DNA of 64,000 bases. Origin: Escherichia coli. Its GTDB lineage: Bacteria > Pseudomonadota > Gammaproteobacteria > Enterobacterales > Enterobacteriaceae. The DNA lies in NCBI RefSeq assembly GCF_011045215.1, contig NZ_CP049201.1; one strand, given 5' to 3'. Positions 41,590-55,456 of the stretch are shown here, one piece after another (the stretch's first letter is position 1; the number at the start of each line of letters is the position of its first letter). The translations under genes and the position numbers were made by a program. Below the pieces are notes generated by a model, which was not told where the DNA came from, searched no databases, and saw only the letters and a program-made list of their open reading frames with translations.

Positions 41590-44500
41590 GTGAGGCGATT
41601 GCCGGGGATTTTACTGCTTACTGGAGCCGCGCTCGTTGTGATCGCTGCCCTGCTGGTTAGCGGCCTGCGTATTGCTTTACCGCATCTTGACGCCTGGCGT
41701 CCGGAAATCCTCAACAAAATAGAATCCGCGACTGGCATGCCGGTTGAAGCCAGTCAGCTCTCAGCCAGCTGGCAGAATTTTGGCCCGACGCTTGAAGCAC
41801 ACGACATCCGTGCAGAACTAAAAGATGGCGGCGAATTTTCGGTTAAACGCGTTACTCTGGCGCTGGATGTCTGGCAGAGCCTGTTACATATGCGCTGGCA
41901 GTTTCGCGACCTCACTTTCTGGCAGCTGCGCTTTCGCACCAACACTCCTATCACCAGCGGTGGTAGAGATGACAGTCTGGAAGCCAGTCACATCAGCGAT
42001 CTGTTTCTTCGTCAATTTGACCATTTCGATCTCCGCGACAGTGAAGTCAGTTTCCTGACGCCATCCGGTCAGCGCGCCGAGCTGGCGATCCCACAACTCA
42101 CCTGGCTGAACGATCCACGTCGACACCGTGCGGAAGGCCTGGTAAGCCTCTCCAGCCTTACCGGACAGCACGGCGTGATGCAGGTGCGCATGGATTTGCG
42201 CGATGATGAGGGGTTGTTAAGCAATGGTCGCGTCTGGCTCCAGGCGGATGACATCGACCTGAAGCCGTGGCTCGGTAAATGGATGCAGGACAATATTGCG
42301 CTGGAAACGGCACAGTTCTCCCTTGAAGGCTGGATGACGATCGACAAAGGCGATGTAACCGGCGGTGACGTCTGGCTGAAACAGGGCGGTGCCAGCTGGT
42401 TGGGCGAGAAGCAAACGCATACGCTGTCGGTGGATAATCTGACCGCGCATATTACGCGTGAAAATCCGGGCTGGCAGTTCTCTATTCCCGATACACGGAT
42501 CACGATGGACGGCAAACCCTGGCCGAGCGGAGCATTGACGCTGGCCTGGATACCGGAACAGGACGTTGGCGGCAAAGACAATAAACGCAGTGACGAACTC
42601 CGGATTCGCGCCAGTAATCTGGAGCTGGCAGGCCTGGAGGGCATACGCCCGCTGGCCGCGAAACTTTCACCTGCACTGGGTGATGTTTGGCGCTCCACAC
42701 AACCGAGCGGCAAGATTAACACGCTGGCGCTGGATATCCCGCTTCAGGCGGCAGACAAGACCCGTTTTCAGGCATCGTGGAGCGATCTGGCCTGGAAGCA
42801 ATGGAAATTATTACCGGGTGCGGAACACTTCTCCGGGACGCTTTCCGGCAGCGTTGAAAATGGTTTGCTTACCGCGTCGATGAAGCAGGCAAAGATGCCT
42901 TACGAAACGGTATTCCGTGCGCCACTGGAAATCGCCGACGGCCAGGCAACTATAAGCTGGCTGAACAATGACAAAGGTTTCCAGCTGGATGGGCGTAATA
43001 TTGACGTTAAAGCCAAAGCCGTCCATGCGCGCGGCGGTTTTCGTTACCTGCAACCTGCTAACGATAAACCCTGGCTGGGTATTCTGGCTGGCATCAGTAC
43101 CGATGATGGTTCACAAGCCTGGCGCTATTTCCCGGAAAACTTGATGGGTAAAGACCTGGTTGATTACTTAAGTGGCGCGATTCAGGGCGGTGAAGCGGAT
43201 AACGCGACGCTGGTTTATGGTGGCAATCCGCAACTCTTCCCCTATAAACACAACGAAGGTCAGTTTGAAGTGCTGGTGCCGCTGCGCAACGCGAAGTTTG
43301 CCTTCCAGCCGGACTGGCCTGCATTAACTAACCTTGATATTGAACTGGACTTTATTAACGACGGTTTATGGATGAAAACCGATGGCGTTAATCTGGGCGG
43401 CGTGCGCGCGAGTAATCTCACCGCAGTGATCCCTGACTACTCGAAAGAAAAACTGCTGATTGACGCTGACATTAAAGGTCCGGGTAAAGCCGTTGGCCCT
43501 TACTTTGATGAGACACCGCTGAAAGATTCTCTGGGGGCGACCCTGCAAGAACTCCAGCTCGACGGCGATGTGAATGCTCGCTTACATCTTGATATCCCGC
43601 TGAACGGCGAACTGGTAACCGCGAAAGGTGATGTGACGCTGCGTAATAACAGTCTGTTTATCAAACCACTCGACAGCACCCTGAAAAATTTGAGCGGTAA
43701 ATTCAGCTTTATCAATGGCGATCTGCAAAGTGAACCACTGACAGCAAGCTGGTTTAATCAGCCGTTGAACGTGGATTTTTCCACCAAAGAAGGGGCAAAA
43801 GCCTACCAGGTCGCGGTGAATCTCAACGGTAACTGGCAACCAGCGAAAACCGGCGTTCTGCCTGCAGCGGTGAACGAAGCATTGAGTGGCAGCGTGGCGT
43901 GGGATGGTAAAGTGGGCATTGTTCTGCCTTATCATGCTGGCGCGACGTATAACGTAGAGCTAAACGGCGATTTGAAGAATGTGAGCAGTCACTTACCTTC
44001 ACCGTTAGCCAAACCTGCGGGTGAACCACTGCCGGTAAACGTTAAGGTTGATGGCAATCTCAACAGCTTTGATTTAACCGGACAGGCTGGTGCGGATAAC
44101 CATTTCAATAGCCGCTGGTTGCTCGGTCAAAAGCTGACGCTCGACCGTGCTATTTGGGCGGCAGACAGTAAAACGCTCCCGCCGTTGCCGGAACAAAGTG
44201 GCGTTGAACTCAATATGCCGCCGATGAATGGTGCCGAGTGGCTGGCCCTGTTCCAGAAAGGCGCGGCGGAGAGTGTCGGTGGTGCAGCGAGTTTCCCACA
44301 ACACATAACGTTACGTACGCCTATGTTGTCACTGGGAAATCAGCAATGGAATAACCTGAGTATTGTTTCGCAACCGACGGCAAATGGCACCCAGGTTGAG
44401 GCGCAAGGGCGTGAAATCAACGCCACGCTAGCGATGCGTAATAACGCGCCGTGGCTGGCGAATATCAAATATCTTTATTACAACCCGAGCGTGGCGAAAA

Positions 44501-45390
44501 CTCGTGGTGATTCAACGCCGTCATCACCTTTCCCGACAACGGAGCGCATTAACTTCCGTGGCTGGCCGGACGCACAAATACGATGCGCAGAGTGCTGGTT
44601 CTGGGGGCAAAAATTCGGTCGTATTGACAGTGATCTCACCATTTCTGGCGATACATTAACGCTGACCAATGGACTGATTGATACCGGTTTCTCGCGGCTT
44701 ACTGCCGATGGTGAATGGGTTAATAATCCGGGGAATGAACGTACCTCGCTGAAAGGAAAACTGCGCGGGCAGAAAATTGATGCCGCCGCAGAATTTTTTG
44801 GTGTCACGACGCCCATACGGCAGTCGTCATTTAATGTGGATTACGATTTACACTGGCGTAAAGCACCGTGGCAGCCAGATGAGGCGACGTTGAATGGCAT
44901 CATTCATACTCAACTGGGTAAAGGCGAAATTACCGAAATCAATACCGGACATGCCGGGCAATTGCTGCGCTTATTGAGCGTAGATGCCCTGATGCGTAAG
45001 CTGCGTTTTGATTTCAGAGACACTTTTGGCGAAGGGTTCTATTTTGACTCCATTCGCAGCACCGCGTGGATTAAAGACGGCGTTATGCACACCGACGACA
45101 CGCTGGTGGATGGCCTGGAGGCGGATATCGCCATGAAAGGGTCGGTAAATCTGGTACGTCGCGACCTGAATATGGAAGCGGTTGTCGCACCAGAGATTTC
45201 TGCGACGGTGGGCGTGGCTGCGGCTTTTGCGGTTAACCCCATTGTTGGCGCGGCAGTGTTTGCCGCCAGTAAAGTGCTGGGGCCGCTGTGGAGCAAAGTC
45301 TCCATTTTGCGCTATCACATTTCGGGTCCGCTGGACGATCCGCAAATCAACGAAGTGTTGCGCCAACCGCGTAAAGAAAAAGCGCAATGA
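41590..45390 (+). CDS. yhdP: AsmA-like inner-membrane-anchored giant protein YhdP
   Basis: 1266-aa ORF from GTG with N-terminal TM anchor (LLLTGAALVVIAALLVSGL) and long beta-rich periplasmic body. Confidence 0.93.
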   Translation: MRRLPGILLLTGAALVVIAALLVSGLRIALPHLDAWRPEILNKIESATGMPVEASQLSASWQNFGPTLEAHDIRAELKDGGEFSVKRVTLALDVWQSLLHMRWQFRDLTFWQLRFRTNTPITSGGRDDSLEASHISDLFLRQFDHFDLRDSEVSFLTPSGQRAELAIPQLTWLNDPRRHRAEGLVSLSSLTGQHGVMQVRMDLRDDEGLLSNGRVWLQADDIDLKPWLGKWMQDNIALETAQFSLEGWMTIDKGDVTGGDVWLKQGGASWLGEKQTHTLSVDNLTAHITRENPGWQFSIPDTRITMDGKPWPSGALTLAWIPEQDVGGKDNKRSDELRIRASNLELAGLEGIRPLAAKLSPALGDVWRSTQPSGKINTLALDIPLQAADKTRFQASWSDLAWKQWKLLPGAEHFSGTLSGSVENGLLTASMKQAKMPYETVFRAPLEIADGQATISWLNNDKGFQLDGRNIDVKAKAVHARGGFRYLQPANDKPWLGILAGISTDDGSQAWRYFPENLMGKDLVDYLSGAIQGGEADNATLVYGGNPQLFPYKHNEGQFEVLVPLRNAKFAFQPDWPALTNLDIELDFINDGLWMKTDGVNLGGVRASNLTAVIPDYSKEKLLIDADIKGPGKAVGPYFDETPLKDSLGATLQELQLDGDVNARLHLDIPLNGELVTAKGDVTLRNNSLFIKPLDSTLKNLSGKFSFINGDLQSEPLTASWFNQPLNVDFSTKEGAKAYQVAVNLNGNWQPAKTGVLPAAVNEALSGSVAWDGKVGIVLPYHAGATYNVELNGDLKNVSSHLPSPLAKPAGEPLPVNVKVDGNLNSFDLTGQAGADNHFNSRWLLGQKLTLDRAIWAADSKTLPPLPEQSGVELNMPPMNGAEWLALFQKGAAESVGGAASFPQHITLRTPMLSLGNQQWNNLSIVSQPTANGTQVEAQGREINATLAMRNNAPWLANIKYLYYNPSVAKTRGDSTPSSPFPTTERINFRGWPDAQIRCAECWFWGQKFGRIDSDLTISGDTLTLTNGLIDTGFSRLTADGEWVNNPGNERTSLKGKLRGQKIDAAAEFFGVTTPIRQSSFNVDYDLHWRKAPWQPDEATLNGIIHTQLGKGEITEINTGHAGQLLRLLSVDALMRKLRFDFRDTFGEGFYFDSIRSTAWIKDGVMHTDDTLVDGLEADIAMKGSVNLVRRDLNMEAVVAPEISATVGVAAAFAVNPIVGAAVFAASKVLGPLWSKVSILRYHISGPLDDPQINEVLRQPRKEKAQ

Positions 45391-45464
45391 TTTGACGAGG
45401 GCGCATAATTGCCCCAATCTCATAAGATAATCGTTGCCAAAGGCCAACGAGCCAGAACATAACC

Positions 45465-45502
45465 GTAGGCTGGATAGGGCGTTCACGCCGCATCCGGCAG
45501 CC
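45465..45502 (-). repeat. REP (repetitive extragenic palindromic) element
   Basis: Reverse strand reads GCTGCCGGATGCGGCGTGAACGCCCTATCCAGCCTAC, matching the E. coli REP consensus; in the yhdP-tldD intergenic region. Confidence 0.8.
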
Positions 45503-45530
45503 GTAAAAAATCCTCTACTGCAGTAACTAA

Positions 45531-46991
<1,461 letters not shown>

Positions 46992-47118
46992 TAATTTCAT
47001 TATTTTCAGAAGGATAATTAATCTTTCTACGTGCACGAACGGTCCCCTCGCTCCTCTGGGGTTAGGGTGAGGGGAACCCGTTAGCACAGGTTTGTACAAC
47101 GTAACAGTACAATATGAA

Positions 47119-48048
47119 TTACTTCTCTTTCCCGCGCCCGTGCATCTCCTGAAACAATTTACCGACCTCAACAAAATAATCCGTCAGCGAGTTGATCACG
47201 ACCTGTACCTTCAGCGGCAGCTTATCTTTTTCGGTATATAACGCATAAACCGGGCGTGGATCTGACTGATAACGCGGCAGCAGGATCTCCAGCTCCCCAC
47301 GATTGATCTCGTTGATCACCCACATCAGCGGCACGTAGGCGATCCCGGCACCCGCCGTTAGCCAGCGCACCAGCGTCATCGGATCATTAGTCACAAATCT
47401 CCCTTGCGGGATCAGGCGAGTCGAGATCCCTTCCGGTGCAATCAGTTCAAATTCATTGTCGGGCCGCACGCTGTATTCAAGCCATGAATGGCTACTTAAA
47501 TCGGCGGGTTTTTCCGGTATACCGTATTGTGTGAGATAGCTTTTCGCGGCGCACACCACCATTGGCATCGCGCCAAGACGGCGGGAAAACAGGCTGGAAT
47601 CCTGCAACGCGCCGACGCGGATCACCACATCCAGACCGTCGGCAATCAGGTCGGGGGCTGGAATTCCGGTAACCAGATTGACGCTCAAACCTGGGTATTC
47701 TTTCAGCATTTTGGCTGTCAGCCCGGCGAGAACATTTTGTGCCATAGTTGAAGAACAGCCAATGCGTAGCGTCCCGATGGGGGTGTTATTGAAGGCATAC
47801 AGTTGCTCATGAACATCCTGCACTTCATGAAGCATACGACGGCAGCCCTGGTAGTAAATTCTGCCGGCTTCGGTCAGGCCAATGCTGCGTGTGCTACGGT
47901 TTAACAGCTTTACCTGCAACTCATCTTCCAGTTTTGACACCGTCTGACTGATGGACGAAACGCTCATCTGTAGCTGTCTGGCGGCGGCGGTAAAAGAGCC
48001 AAATTCAACTACTTTGGCAAACACCGACATGCGTTTTAGTCGTTCCAT
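47119..48048 (-). CDS. aaeR: LysR-family transcriptional activator AaeR
   Basis: 309-aa ORF with N-terminal LysR HTH; divergent from aaeXAB. Confidence 0.92.
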   Translation of the reverse strand: MERLKRMSVFAKVVEFGSFTAAARQLQMSVSSISQTVSKLEDELQVKLLNRSTRSIGLTEAGRIYYQGCRRMLHEVQDVHEQLYAFNNTPIGTLRIGCSSTMAQNVLAGLTAKMLKEYPGLSVNLVTGIPAPDLIADGLDVVIRVGALQDSSLFSRRLGAMPMVVCAAKSYLTQYGIPEKPADLSSHSWLEYSVRPDNEFELIAPEGISTRLIPQGRFVTNDPMTLVRWLTAGAGIAYVPLMWVINEINRGELEILLPRYQSDPRPVYALYTEKDKLPLKVQVVINSLTDYFVEVGKLFQEMHGRGKEK

Positions 48049-48230
48049 TATTCACTCTGACTTAAAAGTGATTTAGATCACATAATATAGATAACAGCAT
48101 AACAGTTACGCTAATATATTAAATATCAATCTACAGCAATGTTGCTCTCGCCCGGCTTTCCATGCCCTTCTCTGCGGCGACAGATGCTGAAAATAATAAC
48201 GCCTGCTCTCTCTATACAACCAAGGTCAAC

Positions 48231-48434
48231 ATGAGTCTGTTTCCCGTTATCGTGGTGTTTGGGCTGTCCTTCCCACCGATATTTTTTGAATTGCTTTTAT
48301 CACTGGCGATTTTCTGGCTGGTGCGCCGGGTACTTGTGCCAACAGGTATCTACGACTTTGTCTGGCATCCGGCGTTGTTCAACACCGCGCTCTATTGCTG
48401 CTTGTTTTATTTGATATCGCGACTGTTCGTTTGA
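48231..48434 (+). CDS. aaeX: Small membrane protein AaeX
   Basis: 67 aa from internal ATG ([43 protein letters not shown]...). Confidence 0.85.
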
Positions 48435-48441
48435 GGTTGAA

Positions 48442-49374
48442 GTGAAAACACTAATAAGAAAATTCTCCCGTACGGCCATCACGGTCGTATTAGTCATTCT
48501 GGCCTTCATCGCAATTTTTAATGCCTGGGTCTATTACACCGAATCCCCGTGGACGCGTGACGCGCGCTTTAGCGCTGACGTCGTTGCGATCGCGCCGGAC
48601 GTTTCTGGACTCATTACCCAGGTGAATGTTCATGATAACCAGCTGGTGAAAAAAGGACAGGTACTGTTCACCATCGACCAGCCGCGCTATCAAAAGGCGC
48701 TTGAGGAAGCGCAAGCCGATGTTGCTTATTATCAGGTACTGGCACAGGAGAAACGCCAGGAGGCCGGACGTCGTAACCGTCTCGGTGTGCAGGCGATGTC
48801 TCGCGAAGAGATCGACCAGGCCAACAACGTACTACAAACGGTTCTGCATCAGTTAGCGAAAGCGCAAGCGACCCGCGATCTGGCAAAACTGGATCTTGAA
48901 CGCACGGTGATCCGCGCGCCAGCGGATGGCTGGGTGACCAACCTCAACGTCTATACCGGTGAGTTTATTACTCGAGGATCAACGGCGGTTGCGCTGGTGA
49001 AACAGAACTCCTTCTATGTACTGGCCTATATGGAAGAAACTAAGCTGGAAGGGGTGCGCCCTGGGTATCGTGCAGAGATCACGCCGCTTGGCAGTAACAA
49101 AGTGCTGAAAGGGACTGTTGATAGTGTTGCCGCTGGGGTCACCAACGCCAGCAGCACGCGTGACGATAAAGGGATGGCGACCATCGACTCTAACCTTGAA
49201 TGGGTGCGTTTGGCGCAACGTGTTCCGGTTCGTATTCGTCTCGACAACCAGCAAGAGAACATCTGGCCTGCGGGCACCACTGCTACAGTGGTGGTCACTG
49301 GCAAACAAGATCGCGACGAAAGCCAGGATTCGTTCTTCCGTAAAATGGCCCATCGCCTGCGTGAGTTTGGTTAA
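48442..49374 (+). CDS. aaeA: Aromatic carboxylic acid efflux pump membrane-fusion subunit AaeA
   Basis: 310-aa ORF (GTG start) with N-terminal TM and HlyD-like periplasmic domain. Confidence 0.93.
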
Positions 49375-49379
49375 TCACG

Positions 49380-51347
49380 ATGGGTATTTTCTCCATTGCT
49401 AACCAACATATTCGCTTTGCGGTAAAACTGGCGACCGCCATTGTACTGGCGCTGTTTGTTGGCTTTCACTTCCAGCTGGAAACGCCACGCTGGGCGGTAC
49501 TGACAGCGGCGATTGTTGCCGCCGGTCCGGCCTTTGCTGCGGGAGGTGAACCGTATTCTGGCGCTATTCGCTATCGTGGCTTTTTGCGCATCATCGGCAC
49601 ATTTATTGGCTGTATTGCTGGACTGGTGATCATCATTGCGATGATCCGCGCACCATTATTGATGATTCTGGTGTGCTGTATCTGGGCCGGTTTTTGTACC
49701 TGGATATCCTCGCTGGTACGAATAGAAAACTCGTATGCGTGGGGGCTGGCCGGTTATACCGCGCTGATCATTGTGATCACCATTCAGCCGGAACCATTGC
49801 TTACGCCGCAGTTTGCCGTCGAACGTTGTAGCGAGATCGTTATCGGTATTGTGTGTGCGATTATGGCGGATTTGCTCTTTTCTCCGCGATCGATCAAACA
49901 AGAAGTGGATCGAGAGCTGGAAAGTTTGCTGGTCGCGCAATATCAATTAATGCAACTCTGTATCAAGCATGGCGATGGTGAAGTTGTCGATAAAGCCTGG
50001 GGCGACTTGGTGCGACGCACCACGGCGCTACAAGGCATGCGCAGCAACCTGAATATGGAATCTTCCCGCTGGGCGCGGGCCAATCGACGTTTAAAAGCGA
50101 TCAATACGCTATCGCTGACGCTGATTACCCAATCCTGCGAAACTTATCTTATTCAGAATACGCGCCCGGAATTGATCACTGATACTTTCCGCGAATTTTT
50201 TGACACGCCGGTAGAAACCGCGCAGGACGTTCACAAGCAGCTCAAACGCCTGCGGAGAGTTATCGCCTGGACCGGGGAACGGGAAACGCCTGTCACCATT
50301 TATAGCTGGGTCGCGGCGGCAACGCGTTATCAGCTTCTCAAGCGCGGCGTTATCAGTAACACAAAAATCAACGCCACCGAAGAAGAGATCCTGCAAGGCG
50401 AACCGGAAGTAAAAGTAGAGTCAGCCGAACGTCATCATGCAATGGTTAACTTCTGGCGAACCACACTTTCCTGCATTCTGGGCACGCTTTTCTGGCTGTG
50501 GACGGGCTGGACTTCCGGCAGTGGTGCAATGGTGATGATTGCGGTAGTGACGTCACTGGCAATGCGTTTGCCGAATCCACGCATGGTGGCGATCGACTTT
50601 ATCTACGGGACGCTGGCCGCGCTGCCGTTAGGGCTGCTCTACTTTTTGGTGATTATCCCTAATACCCAACAGAGCATGTTGCTGCTGTGTATTAGCCTGG
50701 CAGTGCTGGGATTCTTCCTCGGTATAGAAGTACAGAAACGGCGACTGGGCTCGATGGGGGCACTGGCCAGCACCATAAATATTATCGTGCTGGATAACCC
50801 GATGACTTTCCATTTCAGTCAGTTTCTCGACAGCGCATTAGGGCAAATCGTCGGCTGTGTGCTCGCGTTCACCGTTATTTTGCTGGTGCGGGATAAATCG
50901 CGCGACAGGACTGGACGTGTACTGCTTAATCAGTTTGTTTCTGCCGCTGTTTCCGCGATGACTACCAATGTGGCACGTCGTAAAGAGAACCACCTCCCGG
51001 CACTTTATCAGCAGCTGTTTTTGCTGATGAATAAGTTCCCAGGGGATTTGCCGAAATTTCGCCTGGCGCTGACGATGATTATCGCGCACCAGCGCCTGCG
51101 TGATGCGCCGATCCCGGTTAACGAGGATTTATCAGCGTTTCACCGACAAATGCGCCGCACAGCAGACCATGTGATATCTGCCCGTAGCGATGATAAACGT
51201 CGTCGGTACTTTGGTCAGTTGCTGGAAGAACTTGAAATCTACCAGGAAAAGCTACGCATCTGGCAAGCGCCACCGCAGGTGACGGAACCGGTTCATCGGC
51301 TGGCGGGGATGCTCCATAAGTATCAACATGCGTTGACCGATAGTTAA
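49380..51347 (+). CDS. aaeB: Aromatic carboxylic acid efflux pump subunit AaeB
   Basis: 655-aa polytopic membrane protein (fusaric-acid-resistance-like family). Confidence 0.93.
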
Positions 51348-51350
51348 GTC

Positions 51351-51378
51351 AAAACCGACGCCAAAAGCGTCGGTTTTT
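51351..51378 (+). terminator. Rho-independent terminator downstream of aaeB
   Basis: AAAACCGACGC-CAAAA-GCGTCGGTTTTT. Confidence 0.8.
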
Positions 51379-51437
51379 CATGGCTATACTTAGCGATGCA
51401 CGGCAGAACTCGCCGCGAAACGTGACGGTGGCAACAG

Positions 51438-51710
51438 ATGAATATTTATACCTTTGATTTTGATGAGATTGAGAGTCAGGAGGATTTTTATCGTGACTTT
51501 AGCCAAACCTTTGGTCTGGCGAAAGATAAGGTGCGCGATCTCGACTCACTATGGGATGTGTTAATGAACGATGTCCTGCCGCTACCACTTGAGATTGAAT
51601 TTGTTCATCTGGGAGAGAAAACGCGTCGCCGTTTTGGCGCGTTAATATTGCTGTTTGATGAGGCAGAGGAAGAGCTGGAAGGGCATTTGCGTTTTAATGT
51701 TCGTCATTAG
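51438..51710 (+). CDS. yhcO: Barstar-like protein YhcO
   Basis: 90-aa acidic [49 protein letters not shown]...; barstar-family immunity-protein fold recognised from sequence. Confidence 0.8.
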   Translation: MNIYTFDFDEIESQEDFYRDFSQTFGLAKDKVRDLDSLWDVLMNDVLPLPLEIEFVHLGEKTRRRFGALILLFDEAEEELEGHLRFNVRH

Positions 51711-51713
51711 CGC

Positions 51714-51740
51714 AAAAAAAAGCCCCCGAACCGGGGGCAA
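51714..51740. terminator. Bidirectional terminator between convergent yhcO and yhcN
   Basis: AAAAAAAAGCCCCCGAACCGGGGGC hairpin flanked by A-run on one side (T-run on the other strand). Confidence 0.7.
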
Positions 51741-51765
51741 TATCGTCGGACAAGACGATGAGGGT

Positions 51766-52029
51766 TTATTTGTACAGTTCAGCCGTAGCGTGCCAGGTGT
51801 CACCGCTACGAGCTTCAGTAATCTGGTAGGCCGTTGCGCCTTTCTCTTCCGCTTTTTTGTTCAGCATTTCACGTATATCCATTGGCGAAGACGCCACACC
51901 ACTTACGGATACGGTCCCGATTGCTTCACGGTTTTGTGCTTGTGCAGCATCAATGGAGTCGGCAGCGAATGCACCGAAAGAGAGAACAGAAAGTACGCTT
52001 AATGCAGCAACAGTGGTTTTGATTTTCAT
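51766..52029 (-). CDS. yhcN: Stress-induced periplasmic protein YhcN (DUF1471/YdgH-BhsA family)
   Basis: 87-aa ORF with signal peptide MKIKTTVAALSVLSVLSFGAFA. Confidence 0.88.
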   Translation of the reverse strand: MKIKTTVAALSVLSVLSFGAFAADSIDAAQAQNREAIGTVSVSGVASSPMDIREMLNKKAEEKGATAYQITEARSGDTWHATAELYK

Positions 52030-52393
52030 GATTTTTACCTCGACATAATCTTTTTGCTGGGTCTTTGTTTCGTGACCCTTATCACAAAATCAAGTATACA
52101 CTAATTATTGGGCTAATTAATACCACGCTAACTGTTTCTGTTGATACTAAGTGTTAAAAATGTGAATTTTAATAACAAAAAAGAATTAAAAATACGGTTA
52201 TTTATCTTTAATTCTAGTATTTTCAATTAGATAATGAATTTTGCATAATGTGCTTTTTTTACCGTATGTATTCATTGTGTGAATGACATGTCGCAGTAAA
52301 ACGCACTATTCGTTAAATTAATCGCAGGGGAAAGCAGGGGGTTGAGAGGGATAAGCAACATTTTCCCCGCCGCCAGAAGCGACGGGGCAGAGA

Positions 52394-52867
<474 letters not shown>

Positions 52868-52885
52868 TCACCCGATATGGTGGTT

Positions 52886-52926
52886 GATACAACATTATTG
52901 TGCATACAGATGAATTTTTATGCAAA
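52886..52926 (-). promoter_or_regulatory. Tandem ARG boxes (ArgR autoregulation) in the argR promoter
   Basis: Reverse strand reads TTTGCATAAAAATTCATC followed by TGTATGCACAATAATGTTGTAT, both fitting the TnTGAAT-w4-ATTCAn ARG-box pattern, 20-60 bp upstream of the argR ATG. Confidence 0.7.
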
Positions 52927-53223
52927 CAGTCAGCCCTGAAGAAGGCTGAAATAATGTTATGAAAGAGCGGGATTTTATCAAATTTCGTTATTGAGAAACA
53001 TGCCTGCGTCACGGCATGCAAATTCTGCTTAAAAGTAAATTAATTGTTATCAAATTGATGTTGTTTTGGCTGAACGGTAGGGTATATTGTCACCACCTGT
53101 TGGAATGTTGCGCTAATGCATAAGCGACTGTTAATTACGTAAGTTAGGTTCCTGATTACGGCAATTAAATGCATAAACGCTAAACTTGCGTGACTACACA
53201 TTCTTGAGATGTGGTCATTGTAA

Positions 53224-54237
<1,014 letters not shown>

Positions 54238-54255
54238 TTGATTAGCGAATAATAA

Positions 54256-54286
54256 AAAACCGGAGCACAGACTCCGGTTTTTTGTT
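54256..54286 (+). terminator. Rho-independent terminator downstream of mdh
   Basis: AAAAAACCGGAGCACAGACTCCGGTTTTTTGTTTT; probably also serves convergent degS. Confidence 0.8.
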
Positions 54287-54299
54287 TTGAGCACTCGAC

Positions 54300-55367
54300 T
54301 TAATTGGTTGCCGGATATTCCTGAATGGTGACCTGCAGCGTTAACTGCTTATCATCACGCATCACTACAACCGGGATCACCGAACCAGGGCGAATTTCTG
54401 CCACCTGATCCATCGTCTCCAGAGCAGAGATGGCCGGTTTGTTATCCACCGAAATAATCAGATCGTTGACCTGAATACCCGCATTCGCCGCCGGGCCGTC
54501 AGGTGACACTTCATTAACCACGATCCCTTGCAGTTGATCTATACCACCGCCCTGCGCGTGCAGTGGTGCGATCTCGCGTCCGCCGATACCAATGTAGCCG
54601 CGGATCACGCGACCATCGCGGATCAGCTTATCCATAATTTTGGTTGCTAACTGGAAAGGAATCGCAAAGCCGATACCTTCCGGCGTTTCGCCATCGTTAC
54701 TCTTATCAAACGACAGCGTGTTAATGCCCATCAGTTCGCCCAGCGAGTTCACCAGCGCGCCGCCAGAGTTACCATGGTTAATGGAAGCATCGGTTTGTAG
54801 GAAGTTTTGCCGCCCGGTCGGGTTCAGACCGATTCGACCCGTGGCACTAATAATCCCCTGGGTAATGGTCTGCCCGAGGTTGTACGGGTTACCGATCGCC
54901 AGTACCACGTCGCCAATGTGCGGTACGCGACGTGCATTGATTGGAATGGTAGGTAAACCGCCAGTGGCATTAATTTTGAGTACCGCCAGATCGGTTAGAG
55001 AGTCAGATCCCACCAGCAATGCTTCAAATACACGTCCATCCTGTAAGGCGACGATGATCTGATCGGCGTCGTTGATGACGTGTTTATTGGTGATGATATA
55101 ACCGCGTTGATCCATGATTACACCGGATCCCAGGGTGCGGATCTCAAGCTGGTTGTGAGAGTTGGTGTTCAAACCACGGTTGTAAACGTTAACCACCGCT
55201 GGCGCGGCGCGGCGAACCGCCAGATTATAACTGGCAGGCGTCTCATCGGTACTGTCAAATTGCGGAGTGGAAAGTGGGTTAAGGCTGCGCAGCGAAGGCA
55301 TGGCAACCAGCAGAATAGCGCCGACAATTAATCCAATCGCAACGGAACGTAAGAGCTTCACAAACAT
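54300..55367 (-). CDS. degS: Envelope-stress serine endoprotease DegS
   Basis: 355-aa ORF with N-terminal TM anchor, trypsin-like catalytic domain (GNSGGAL) and one PDZ domain. Confidence 0.95.
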   Translation of the reverse strand: MFVKLLRSVAIGLIVGAILLVAMPSLRSLNPLSTPQFDSTDETPASYNLAVRRAAPAVVNVYNRGLNTNSHNQLEIRTLGSGVIMDQRGYIITNKHVINDADQIIVALQDGRVFEALLVGSDSLTDLAVLKINATGGLPTIPINARRVPHIGDVVLAIGNPYNLGQTITQGIISATGRIGLNPTGRQNFLQTDASINHGNSGGALVNSLGELMGINTLSFDKSNDGETPEGIGFAIPFQLATKIMDKLIRDGRVIRGYIGIGGREIAPLHAQGGGIDQLQGIVVNEVSPDGPAANAGIQVNDLIISVDNKPAISALETMDQVAEIRPGSVIPVVVMRDDKQLTLQVTIQEYPATN

Positions 55368-55456
55368 GATGGAGGCGTCATTAAAAAAGGGAACGGCAGC
55401 AGCATACCACGAGTTAACCGGACATCACACGTCAGCCTGATGCCCGGTTTACGACA

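Noticed and set aside
41825-45305. Many antisense or out-of-frame ORFs inside yhdP (for example 42069-42722, 217 aa) and inside acrF, csrD and rng
   Set aside because: Embedded within long, well-supported genes and rich in Ser/Arg/Pro as expected for antisense frames of GC-rich coding DNA.
52325-52393. GC-rich imperfect hairpin downstream of argR as a terminator
   Set aside because: The stem has a mismatch and is followed by AAAATG rather than a U-tract on the transcribed strand; too weak to call.
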